From assembly GCA_030390025.1 (NCBI GenBank), contig CM059431.1, forward strand, positions 126,048,001 through 126,112,000: a DNA stretch of 64,000 nucleotides. Reading direction: 5' to 3'. Position 1 is the first letter of the stretch, and each line of letters opens with the position of its first letter. The notes beneath the pieces were generated by a model. That model saw only the letters and a list, made by a program, of their open reading frames with translations. It was not told where the DNA came from and made no database searches. Shown here in pieces: positions 34,467 to 44,309 of the stretch. This DNA is from Squalus acanthias (lineage: Eukaryota). The position numbers were made by a program, and so were the translations under genes.

Positions 34467-36818
34467 ATGGAACGACTTCTAGTTTTGCTCGTGGCAATCG
34501 GATGTGGATTGGCCTATCGGGGCCTCACCAAGGATGTCGTGGTGTTTGGATGTTCCGGGGACACGGCCCCCATCGCGGTGGATGGGACCGGAAGACGGAA
34601 GGCAGAAGGGACCAGCACCTATTTCCACAAGGGAAGGTGGCCAGGATGGCTGGGAACGAACTCAACGGAGTATTCCAGCACATCGGGGTTCGCCTACAAA
34701 GAGACTTCTTTAATGTGCCCCAAAGTACGGATCATCGCACCCAGGATCAGCGTCACCGTCGGCAAACGGATTTGTTTGACTTGCAGTGGGAATGTCCCAT
34801 TGAGCCGATGGTGGTGGCTGCGAAAGCTGAGCAAAACTATGAGGAACTCTTCGGTTGAGTGGGAGCGACTGGGTAATAATACCCATCGGACAATTACGGG
34901 GACAGATGGACAAGTGAAAGTCTGTTGGGACAAATGGTGGGAACCAGATGAGGGGATTTATGTTTGTATGTGGGGGTCAAAGTACGTTTGCCCCAAAGGC
35001 ATCTCCATATTCTTTATTAACCAGTGGCAGGATAACGGACAGGGGATGAGGTGGGATGCGAGCACCAGGGGGTGCGGAGCCCCATACTCTCCGATCCCAG
35101 TAAATGCCACTGAGCTCATTACGCGCCCACGCAAAGCCCCGCCCACGATTCCGGTAGTTCTAACTGAAGAGGAAGGGTGCCCTAAAACTAGTAAGGGACC
35201 CGGGAACGGTTTGGTACTGGTCCCCACAGACCAGATACTATTTCAGGGGGTACATTACGCGGTGGCCTCGGTGATTTTAAATCTCACTGAGGTACGGTTA
35301 CCAGAGTGGTGCCCCAAAAAGACGGAACAGTTGTACCAGGTCCTGTTGACCAAGATGTTCAGGCAATTTTACGAGTTTGATTTTGCAGAAATCGATAAGA
35401 CAAGTTTATACACCGCACCGCAGGAAGTTTTGGACCAAGTAGGGAGGCAAAGAAGGGGTTTGGTGAACGATGCGTTCACTGCTTTTAACACAGGGACATC
35501 TGTGGTCAACGCTCTAGACAGTGTGGAGCTGCAGACCCAGATTAATGGTTTAAAAACACAGTTAAAGGATATTCTTACAGATGAGAATAAAGTGGTAGGG
35601 TCGGGTCTGCACGAGGACCAAGCCATGACACTACACTTAAAAGAGATTATAGCAGAGCTGGAGAAACATGCGCGTACGGTAAATGCCCTGATCAGGGAAG
35701 ATCGGAATGCATCCGATCAGGCTGCGCAGAACGAGGTGTGCGTGCTTTACGGGGCGTGGTTACTGGGCGAGGGCCGCAGTAATTTGGAGGATTTAAAACA
35801 AGGTTTGGTCCCGTCCTGGATAAGTAACAAACACCTGCGGGCGCTCCACCCTTTTCAGAATGCATTAAGTCCGTGCCAGCTCAGGCTAGCTTCAGAAGCT
35901 TACCCAGTCCCCGTGGACTGCGGACGTTCAAACCATACTATTATGGGAATAGTATTACGCATGCCGGTTTTGGGCAACACAGCAAAGCCCGCCCCGGTGT
36001 ATCGGGTAGAGAACATTGGTGTCATTCAGGGGGGAGCCCACATTCGTTATGCAGCGGTTCCACCTTACGTCATCCGCTGGGAGCAAACGATGACAGGTAC
36101 AGATCTCTCTGGTTGTCGTGGCAGGGGAGCACACATAATACTGTGCCCCCAGCACTTGAATGCCTTTTTAACACCACAGTGCGGGTTCAGAACGGCTGGC
36201 GCCAAGTCCATGAATTGCACCATGGAGGCAATGGCACAAGATCATGTGCCTCCGCAGGTAGCATACATCGGGGGTGGAACATATTGTGTTACCACTGCAG
36301 CGCAACACTACCAGCATGGAAACCGTAGCCGGTGTCCGGTGAGTGACAGCAGTTTCTGTTTTAAACCCAGGGCTGAAGTTCAAGTAGCACAACAGCGAAT
36401 TATCCCAATCCCTGAACCATCCACTGTTCATCTCACAGTAAAAGAGAATTTTACCGACTTGCAGCGATTTGTCGCACATTTTGGGTACCTCATTCCCCCT
36501 CTCCCCGAGCATTTAACCAAACTTCTGAAAGCCGTCGCGGTGTCACAAAAGCATTTTTATACCTTAGAGCAGAAAACTGTCGAGATAGGTACAGACATTT
36601 TGGACATAGTGGTTCCACCGTGGTGGAATCTGTTCACGAATATTGAAGTGCCCTCATGGGTCAGAATAGCCTCCCACATTTTAGTCGTCTGTCAAGTGTT
36701 TATTGTAGTATACCTTTTGTTCATACATTGTAAAAGAGACAAGCGCCTCACCAAGCATGAGAACACGGGAGAGTGGCGAGAACGTTACGTGCGCGTGCAC
36801 GATGAGAGCGCAGTGTAA
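34467..36818 (+). CDS. env: Envelope glycoprotein (783 aa), F-type class I fusion protein with N-terminal Ig-like domain
   Basis: Signal peptide, RQRR furin site (35445-35456), fusion peptide and heptad repeats, Cys-rich region, C-terminal TM (~36657-36731), multiple N-x-S/T sequons. Confidence 0.9.
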   Translation: MERLLVLLVAIGCGLAYRGLTKDVVVFGCSGDTAPIAVDGTGRRKAEGTSTYFHKGRWPGWLGTNSTEYSSTSGFAYKETSLMCPKVRIIAPRISVTVGKRICLTCSGNVPLSRWWWLRKLSKTMRNSSVEWERLGNNTHRTITGTDGQVKVCWDKWWEPDEGIYVCMWGSKYVCPKGISIFFINQWQDNGQGMRWDASTRGCGAPYSPIPVNATELITRPRKAPPTIPVVLTEEEGCPKTSKGPGNGLVLVPTDQILFQGVHYAVASVILNLTEVRLPEWCPKKTEQLYQVLLTKMFRQFYEFDFAEIDKTSLYTAPQEVLDQVGRQRRGLVNDAFTAFNTGTSVVNALDSVELQTQINGLKTQLKDILTDENKVVGSGLHEDQAMTLHLKEIIAELEKHARTVNALIREDRNASDQAAQNEVCVLYGAWLLGEGRSNLEDLKQGLVPSWISNKHLRALHPFQNALSPCQLRLASEAYPVPVDCGRSNHTIMGIVLRMPVLGNTAKPAPVYRVENIGVIQGGAHIRYAAVPPYVIRWEQTMTGTDLSGCRGRGAHIILCPQHLNAFLTPQCGFRTAGAKSMNCTMEAMAQDHVPPQVAYIGGGTYCVTTAAQHYQHGNRSRCPVSDSSFCFKPRAEVQVAQQRIIPIPEPSTVHLTVKENFTDLQRFVAHFGYLIPPLPEHLTKLLKAVAVSQKHFYTLEQKTVEIGTDILDIVVPPWWNLFTNIEVPSWVRIASHILVVCQVFIVVYLLFIHCKRDKRLTKHENTGEWRERYVRVHDESAV

Positions 36819-37230
36819 TGGGAAAATGGCGTCACTCCCGCTCGCCACGTGCGCCGCGGAAGTTTGTACTCAGTGTAAATACGTTGGAAACTCGACATGT
36901 TTAAGAGTTGGGATTTGTTTATTTTGGTGATGGTGTTGATTGTTTGGTTTTTTGGGTTTTGTTTTTCCTTTCCCTGAATAAAAGATAAATGTACAGGTGA
37001 TGCGTGAGGTATCGGCCTGGTTACGCCGGGAAGGAAGACAAGTGGTGTAAGTTTAAGGGCAAATGATGCCTATGGTGATATAAAGTGTGATTTTCTTGGG
37101 AAATAAGGACGACACAGAGACCCTAGTGAAGTTAAAATTTTATGGGATTAATTTACTGGATTCGGAGTGAAATCGAGATAAGATTGCTCACCACTGAGTT
37201 TTTGATACGATAAGCGGAGTTATTCGCATC

Positions 37231-37242
37231 AACAGGAGGGAC
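37231..37242 (+). other. Polypurine tract
   Basis: AACAGGAGGGAC immediately before the 3' LTR TG. Confidence 0.8.
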
Positions 37243-38870
37243 TGTAGAATTCGCAATTATCGCGATTTCATTTTAATAAGGAGAAAACACAAGTTTCGTT
37301 CAAAACAGCTTTTATTTCAACGGAATGCTGTCAGGTTTAAATTGGACACAAGCAGCCTGTAAAATGGCCGCCGCACCGCGTGACAGAACATTCGAGACTT
37401 TTCGGCAGGCAGACAAGATGGCGTTCCAATAAACATTTTTGCAGGATCGATAACGATTCAGCACAGTGAAGACAATACACAGGACATTATGGGTTTACAG
37501 TATAAACATCGATACTGGGATCGGTCTCCCAGGTACAAAGGAAAGCCATCAAGGGCCCATCCAAAGGACATTAATATGTAAACTCCCAACGGCTCTACGA
37601 TGAGAGAGCCGTTAGCAGGTAGTTATACAGGACACTTGGAAGCCCCAAACCCCTCCAGGGGGAACACCGACCGATTTGACAATGGGAGAAATATTAACAG
37701 GTACTCAAACATTCAGGAGTAGCCCCGAAACCCATTAAGGACAGAGATCACCCATACAGGACATTTTTTGGGCGCCAAACCTTAAACAAAAGAATGGACA
37801 TTGTAGTTGGGCGGGAAACGGAAGAACTGTGCACTATAATTGCAGGCCCAAACCGTCCATTCGCTCTCTTGCCTCGTGTTCGTGACTCTTGCCGCTTGCT
37901 GCTGTTATCATCGTGGCTGCTCCTGTGTTTTATCCGGTCGATTCGTAACCTCGTGGCTGCTCCTGGGTAAAAGACTGTTGCAAAGACCTATGTTGGTAGC
38001 TGGCAGCGGAACCAAAGGCCCGAGATGAGATGAGATGAGATGAGATGAGAGGAGATGAGAGGAGAAGAGAAGAAGACCTTATCCATCGCCACGGTCAGTA
38101 AATCCCGACCGCGCCTGTAGGTCGATCAGCCAAGTCTTCTCGACAGGAAGTTTTCTTCTTTAACAAGACATATTGCATCGACGATAACTGGACTGTGCAA
38201 ACACATCGTATCAGCGATATTGACAACGGTGCTCCACCATACCCTGTATCCAACCAACAGAGGTCTTCACTACAGCGGACGGTCCAGCCGACTGACCGAG
38301 CAGCAGAAGCAGTAAACAAGTGGGACCAGGAGATCTCCTGACCAACACGTGGGTGCTGCGGTGAAAAACATCCGATCAGCTATTCGGGATTTTCTCCGAG
38401 TTATTACGAGTGGTGAGCATGAGTCTCGGGATCCTACGAAGCTAGTTTTAGGATAGTTATTGATAGGGGAGGGTTGAAGTTTAAGGATATTTGTAATGTG
38501 TGCCCTATTTACGTTGTGCTGGTCGTTCCTCGTTTCCCTAAGAGTGATTATAACTGGTTGTAAGATTGTACTGTCATTAATCTGTGCATATGACATGTAT
38601 TTCATAATTTTAAGTATCATGCAATAAAGATTTTCCATTTCGTACCGTTCAAACCAAGTCTACATGAGTTTTATCTCCATTACTGCTCTCGCATCTAAGT
38701 CCAGTGTCTAGAACCGTAAGGGAGAGTGATTCGAACCACTCACAGGGGTGTCTAGTGTTCCCAGACTGGCTGGAGACCAGGCCTAGACCCGCACTGACAT
38801 ACAGGCTGCACAGAGCCGCGTGAACCTCACAGGCCACGAGACACGCAGGGTCAGGAGAGTATCCCTTACA
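37243..38870 (+). repeat. 3' LTR (1628 bp)
   Basis: Direct repeat of the 5' LTR, one T fewer in a T-run; followed by TSD GGGT. Confidence 0.97.
38623..38628 (+). terminator. Candidate proviral polyadenylation signal AATAAA (5' LTR equivalent 27617-27622)
   Basis: The only AATAAA I found downstream of the TATA candidates in the LTR; preceded by a U-rich tract. Confidence 0.55.
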
Positions 38871-38907
38871 GGGTATAAATTCTCTGAATAGAGGATAAAA
38901 TTACATT

Positions 38908-39635
38908 GGCCCAGAAATTAAACATGGATGGTTCCCGCGGGGGTAAGGATTCCCCGCGATATCGCACTCCGCGCCTACCTTTTTGCTCCGGGCCCACACG
39001 AACTTTAGTTTCAAAGGTTCTCTCTGTTGGAACCGTGCAGTGTTTGCGTGACCCAGAGGCGCAATTAGTTCGTGCGAGCTCTGGGATCACGTGATTCAGT
39101 TAGAGCCAATGGCAGCACACCATCTTTCATTCATAGTTTTGACAGGAAGACCTGTCAAAGCTATGAATACTACACCCCCCCAAAAGAACAGCTAAACCTC
39201 AATTAAATTTTAAAAAAGCCATCACATTAATAAAATAAGTATAGTTAAATAAATTAACCACTTTAAACAAAAAATTAAATTTTTGAAAAAATTTAAAATC
39301 TTTTTAAAAGTTATAAAAATAAACTTACCTTTCTTTAAAGTCTCTAAAAAAGATAAACCTGTTGAAAAAAATTTAAAATAACACTTAATTAACTACTTAC
39401 CTTGTTAAAAGGGGGTCCTACGCCTGCTTTCTTTGTGTGTAAAATCTTCACCACTTACCTGCGCGTTCAAAGCTGGAAAAATAACTAAAAATCACTTAGG
39501 AACCGCCCCCTTTTCAATTCACGAAGTGCCGGTTTCCCGCGCATGCGCAGTGCATGCAGGAAACCGGCAATTCGGGATCTAATACGCGAGAGTACACAGT
39601 GCGTACTCTCGCGTATTAGGTTTAATTTTCGGGCC
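38908..39635 (-). mobile_element. Harbinger-type MITE related to family A, inverted
   Basis: TIRs GGCCCAGAAATTAAAC / GTTTAATTTTCGGGCC; reverse-complement similarity to 140-430 and 24440-24800. Confidence 0.8.
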
Positions 39636-39809
39636 AATATCTGTACATATAGTTAAATGCATTGATAGCAAAATGAGAAAAGCAAGACCTTGGAATGGGG
39701 TCCATAAATAGTGGAGAAATGGAATCTCAAACTGTAATGATTACGATGTCAGTTGAGGAAGTTCAAAAGGACACAGCATTGATTATGTTGTTAAAATGCG
39801 AATGCAAAC

Positions 39810-40330
39810 TGGTTTCCCAGTACAAAGAAGGATATACTTGCATTGGAAGCAGTTCAGAGAAGGTTCACGAGGTTGATTCCGGAGATGAAGGAGTTGTCTT
39901 ATGAAGAAAGGTTGAGCAGGTTGGGCCTATACTCATTGGAGTTTAGAAGAATGAGAGGGGATCTTATTGAAACATATAAGATTCTGAAGGGGCTTGACAG
40001 GGTACATGCAGAGAGGATGTTTCCCCTCGTGGGGGAATCTAGAACTAGGGGGCATAATTTCAGAATAAGGGGGCACCCTTTTAAATCGGAAATGAGGAGG
40101 AATTTCTTCTCTCAGAGGGTTGTAAATCTTTGGAATTCTCTTCTCCAGAGAGCTGTGTCATTGAATATATTTAAGGTGGAGATAGTCAGATTTTTGAATG
40201 GTAAGGGAGTCAAGTGTTATGGGGAGTGGGCAGGGAAGTGGAGTTGAGTCCAAGATCAGATCAGCCATGATCTTATTGAATGGTGGAGCAGGCGCGAGGA
40301 GCCAATTGACCTACTTCTGCTCCTATGTCT
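39810..40330 (+). mobile_element. CR1 LINE 3' fragment
   Basis: EAVQRRFTRLIPEMKELSYEERLSRLGLYSLEFRRMRGDLIETYKI. Confidence 0.9.
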
Positions 40331-40867
40331 TACGTTCTCTTCTATACAAGAGCAGATAGTTACCGTATCATAAAGATTTTAAAATGTCTTCCAAAGTTCT
40401 GTGATGTTTTTATTCCAGGATACAAGAGATCAATTTCAACGCAAGCCATGGCTTCATTTTCACTAGTGATAAGAGTTTGCAGTGATAAGCCCCTCTTCTC
40501 CAAATATCCTACCTTAGCCGAGGAGAGCTATTATAGATTGAGTGATTGTACCTTCAAAAACAACCAGGAAAACTAGCAACAGCTGACAAACTTCAACAAA
40601 GCTGACAAACTCCACAGGGACTATTCCATCACTTATGTCGCAAGGAAAAACTGAAGTGCAATTTTGCTGCTCTGTATTTAGAAAATTCTGAATGGGGAGG
40701 CAAGAACTGACAAAATAAGGTTTGGTGACAAACCCCCCCCCCCCAGAATTTTAGATTTTTCTTTATACTTTTTTGATGAATTTTCTATCACCTTGGAATC
40801 TATTGTAATTCTGCCTTTCAGACCAAAAATTATTTATCTTGCACAAGTCAGAGATATCTTAAATACC

Positions 40868-41282
40868 TGTGTTCGCTGACCTACATTGGTTCCCAGTCCA
40901 CCAATGGCTCAATTTTAAATTTCTTATCATGTTCAAATCATTCCATTGCTTTGCCCCTCCCTATCTCTGTAACCTCATTCAGCCCTATGACACTCCTAAA
41001 CTCTGCATTCCTCCAACTCTGGCTTCCTGTGCACCCCACATCCTTCAGCCCACCATTGTCGGCCGTACTTTCAGCCATCTATGTCCTAAATTCTGAGATT
41101 TCCTCACCAAACCTCTTTGCCTCTCCACCTCTCTCTTTTCCTTTAAGGTGCTGCTACACACCTGTCCTAATGTCTCCTACTTTGGCTCGGTGTCAATTTA
41201 TGTATCATTACACTAATTAGAAGCACCTTGGGACATTTTACTACGTTGAAGGCACTATATAAATGCAAGTTGTTGCTGTTGT
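40868..41282 (+). mobile_element. L2-type LINE 3' fragment
   Basis: ADLHWFPVHQWLNFK..APPYLCNL motif and GCACTATATAAATGCAAGTTGTTG tail. Confidence 0.75.
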
Positions 41283-41349
41283 AAATAACAATGGGCTGTC
41301 AGCTTACTTAAAAGTAAATTAATTAAAATAGTCATGTAACTAATATAAT

Positions 41350-42060
41350 GGCACGTATTTTGCAACCCCTACGGGTGCGTACGAGGTGTGTACGCGAGTT
41401 CCGGGTTTAGGCATGCAAAGCACATGCACTGAAACCCGGCACTTGCGATCTGTCAAGAATCCTCTTGGCAGATCCTCCGCATCCCCGGGAGACGGGCCTC
41501 TGCGGGTGGAGAGCTGTGCTATTTGCACAACTTCCGCCCGCTGAATGCCTGTCAAATTCTTACGCCTGGTAAAAGCCTTACGCCTGCTTTTACCAGCATA
41601 AGTGTTTAAAAAAATAGAAAAATAAAATTATCAGTCATTTATAAATTAAAAGTACTCTTCAATAAGGTAAGTTTATTTTTAGCACTGTAAGAACATATAA
41701 TTTTATTTCTTCAAAAAATTAAATTTTTGTTTAAAATATTTAATTAAATGGCATTTTAATTCATTTTAAATATTTAATATTTTTTAAATTTATTTCATGT
41801 GTGTGTGTTTTTTAAGTGATCCCCATTCATACTTACAGGAGTTCCGTACGTACGGAACTCCAATAAGTATGAATGGGGATCCCCTTCTTTTATTGGTTGG
41901 GCCGGCCCATGTGATCCCAGGGGCGCCTACGAACCGCCTGCGCCCCTGGGATATGTGGGCCTCTGCCTGCGCGTATCCAGAGAGGCCCAGGATCTCAAGC
42001 CTCTGTATCTCTTGGGCCACCAGGTACATTCGTAGATTTTTTGCAGGTCGGAGGTTGAAT
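41350..42060 (+). mobile_element. MITE related to family A, with a long internal palindrome
   Basis: Shares GAAACCCGGCACTT, AAGGTAAGTTTATTTTTAGCACTGT and GTGATCCCAGGGG blocks with family A. Confidence 0.65.
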
Positions 42061-42273
42061 CAAGAAACATTGATATAAAATACATAAGAACTTAAAATTT
42101 TATAATGCTCCTCATGTGCATGTTGATGTCTCAAAGAATTTTACTTATATTTTCAAATTGATAAACATTTCCATAATTGAGTCCAGCTTGCAATATTTTG
42201 GTTCTCTCTTTAGCTGTGACCAGGATTTAGTTGCAGGATATTTTCCACTGTATATTGCTAGACTGATTGGTAC

Positions 42274-42593
42274 GAAAGAAAGAAATAACTTATATGGTGT
42301 CTTTCACAACCTTAGGACATCCTAAAGTGTTTTACAACAAAGTACATTTGAATTGTAATCACTATTGTAATGTAGAAAATGCAGCAGCCAATTTGTGCAC
42401 AGCAAGGTCCCACTAACAGCAATATGATAATGACCAAATTATTTGTTTTAGTAGTGTTGGCTGATGGATAAATGTTAGCCAGGACACCTGGAGCACCTTT
42501 CTGCTCTTCTTTGAAATAGTGCCATAATAGTGCCATAAGATCCTTTATGCCCACATGAGAGGGCAGTTGATTTAACATCTCATCCGAAAGACG
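42274..42593 (-). mobile_element. DeuSINE fragment
   Basis: Reverse-complement similarity to 7240-7550. Confidence 0.75.
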
Positions 42594-43745
42594 ATATTGG
42601 GAATGTATCTGTGTCTGTGTGCATCGCCTAGGCTCTGCACTAATGTGTTGATGCATCTATTCTATGGGGGAAATAACGGATGATAATCCATTATTGATTG
42701 CCATTGAGCCATTGATATAGGGTTTTGCAAGCACAGGTAATTTCCTAGAGCGAGAGAGGGAGGGAGGGAAAGTTAGTTTGTAAGTGAATTCAGCCACTTT
42801 CATCCACTTCTTAGTAATAATTACAGTGCCGTTGTCAGAAGCCTTTGAGAAAGTTGCCCACGTAGCCTTGTGACCAGAAAGAGGGTCAGTCTGGGGTGGA
42901 AGGGGGGGCAAACTAAAAGAGGACTAAAAGCACAAAAAGCAAAAGCAAACCTCTTTGTGCTGTGTCAAAATTTGATATGGCAAATAAGGCCTCCCTCTAT
43001 TAAATAAAAATTCTGTACCTCTGCTGCTGATAGATTTTATATAGCAGATCAGTTTCAAATTATATCAATTTCTCTAAGTGTCAAAGAGGACTGAGGTGGA
43101 TTTATTTGAAGGCTCCTTACCAGTTGATCCAGGGTGAGACTCAAGTAATTGTGTATTAACAAGCTTAGGTTTGCACATGGCCAGAAAAGAATTGGGGAGA
43201 GCTGTGAGCCAGAGCTTGGTGAAGCCAGATTTGGGTGAATCTGCGAAGGCTTGCTAAACAAAGTGGCAGTGGGAATTTGATGAGAGTGGGATTTCACTGG
43301 TAAGTAGCGTATTGCTATCAAACTGAAATTTAACCTAGTTTTCTGACTTTAAAACTTTACTTTAAAACTGCAGTTAACAGCTAACCAGCTGCCATTGGAT
43401 CCCTGACTAGGTGTTAATTATTGTGGCTGGCAGTTGACTGACCAGTTGTAACTAGTGTGTTTCTAAAAGGTATATATTAGAGGGATATCGGCTGAAGCAC
43501 AGAGCTGTGAATACAGAGCTTGGTGAATCTAATAAATGGAGTGGTTTGCTAACCAGAGTGATAATGGGAATTTGGTGGGAGTGGTAATTTGGTGCTCTCT
43601 AATTTAAACCAAGAGGCAACAGTAAATAAGTAAATATATAAATAATCAGTATTTCATTAACTTTAAGACGATAAAATTAAAATTAACTAGGTAGAGGATA
43701 CCAACATTAACAGAATCTGAATTGCATTAAATAAAAACCTGGTAT

Positions 43746-44212
43746 AAAGAAAGACTTGGATTTATATAGCGCCATTCACGACCAACAGACATCTCAAAGT
43801 GCTTTACAGCCAATTAAGTACTTTTGGATTGTAGTCACTGTTGTAATGTAGGAAACGTGGCAGCCAATCTGTGCACAGCAAGCTCCCACAAACAGCAATG
43901 TGATAATGACCAAATAATCAGGTTTTTTTTTTAAGTTGATTGTGGGATAAATATTGGACAGGACACCAGGGATAACTCCCCTGCTCTTCTTCAAAATAGT
44001 GTCATGGGATCTTTTATGTCCATCTTGAGAGAGCAGATAGGGCCTCGGTTTAACGTCTCATCTGAAAGATGGCACCTCCGACAGTGCAGCACTCCCTCAG
44101 CACTGCACTGGAGTGTCAGCCTGGATTTTTGTGCTCAAGTCCCTGGAGTGGGACGTGAACCTTACAACCTTCTGACTCAGAGGCGAGAGTGCTACCCACT
44201 GAGCCACAGCTA
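43746..44212 (-). mobile_element. Full-length DeuSINE (SacSINE1-like, tRNA-derived head)
   Basis: Minus strand GTGGCTCAGTGGGTAGCAC (A box)..GGTTCACGTCCC (B box), Deu core and CTTTCTTT tail. Confidence 0.9.
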
Positions 44213-44309
44213 ACACACTGTGTACTTAAATAATGAATAGGAGTAAGGGGATATTAAACTAAAAAAATATATATACATAAATATCGTAAGCAGCTAAGCG
44301 TTAAAGCAA

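Larger units (their letters stand above)
26236..38870 (+). mobile_element. Intact endogenous retrovirus, lokiretrovirus-like (LTR-gag-pol-env-LTR)
   Basis: Paired LTRs TGTAG..TTACA, 4-bp TSD GGGT (26232-26235 / 38871-38874), PBS, PPT and three long uninterrupted ORFs. Confidence 0.97.

Noticed and set aside
30008..36512. Antisense and alternate-frame ORFs overlapping pol/env
   Set aside because: Lengths expected by chance opposite GC-rich coding sequence; no motifs
36819..37230. Accessory gene between env and the 3' LTR
   Set aside because: No ORF of 60 aa or more; a small spliced exon cannot be excluded but is unsupported
44130..44212. tRNA gene
   Set aside because: A/B boxes belong to a SINE head; no complete cloverleaf
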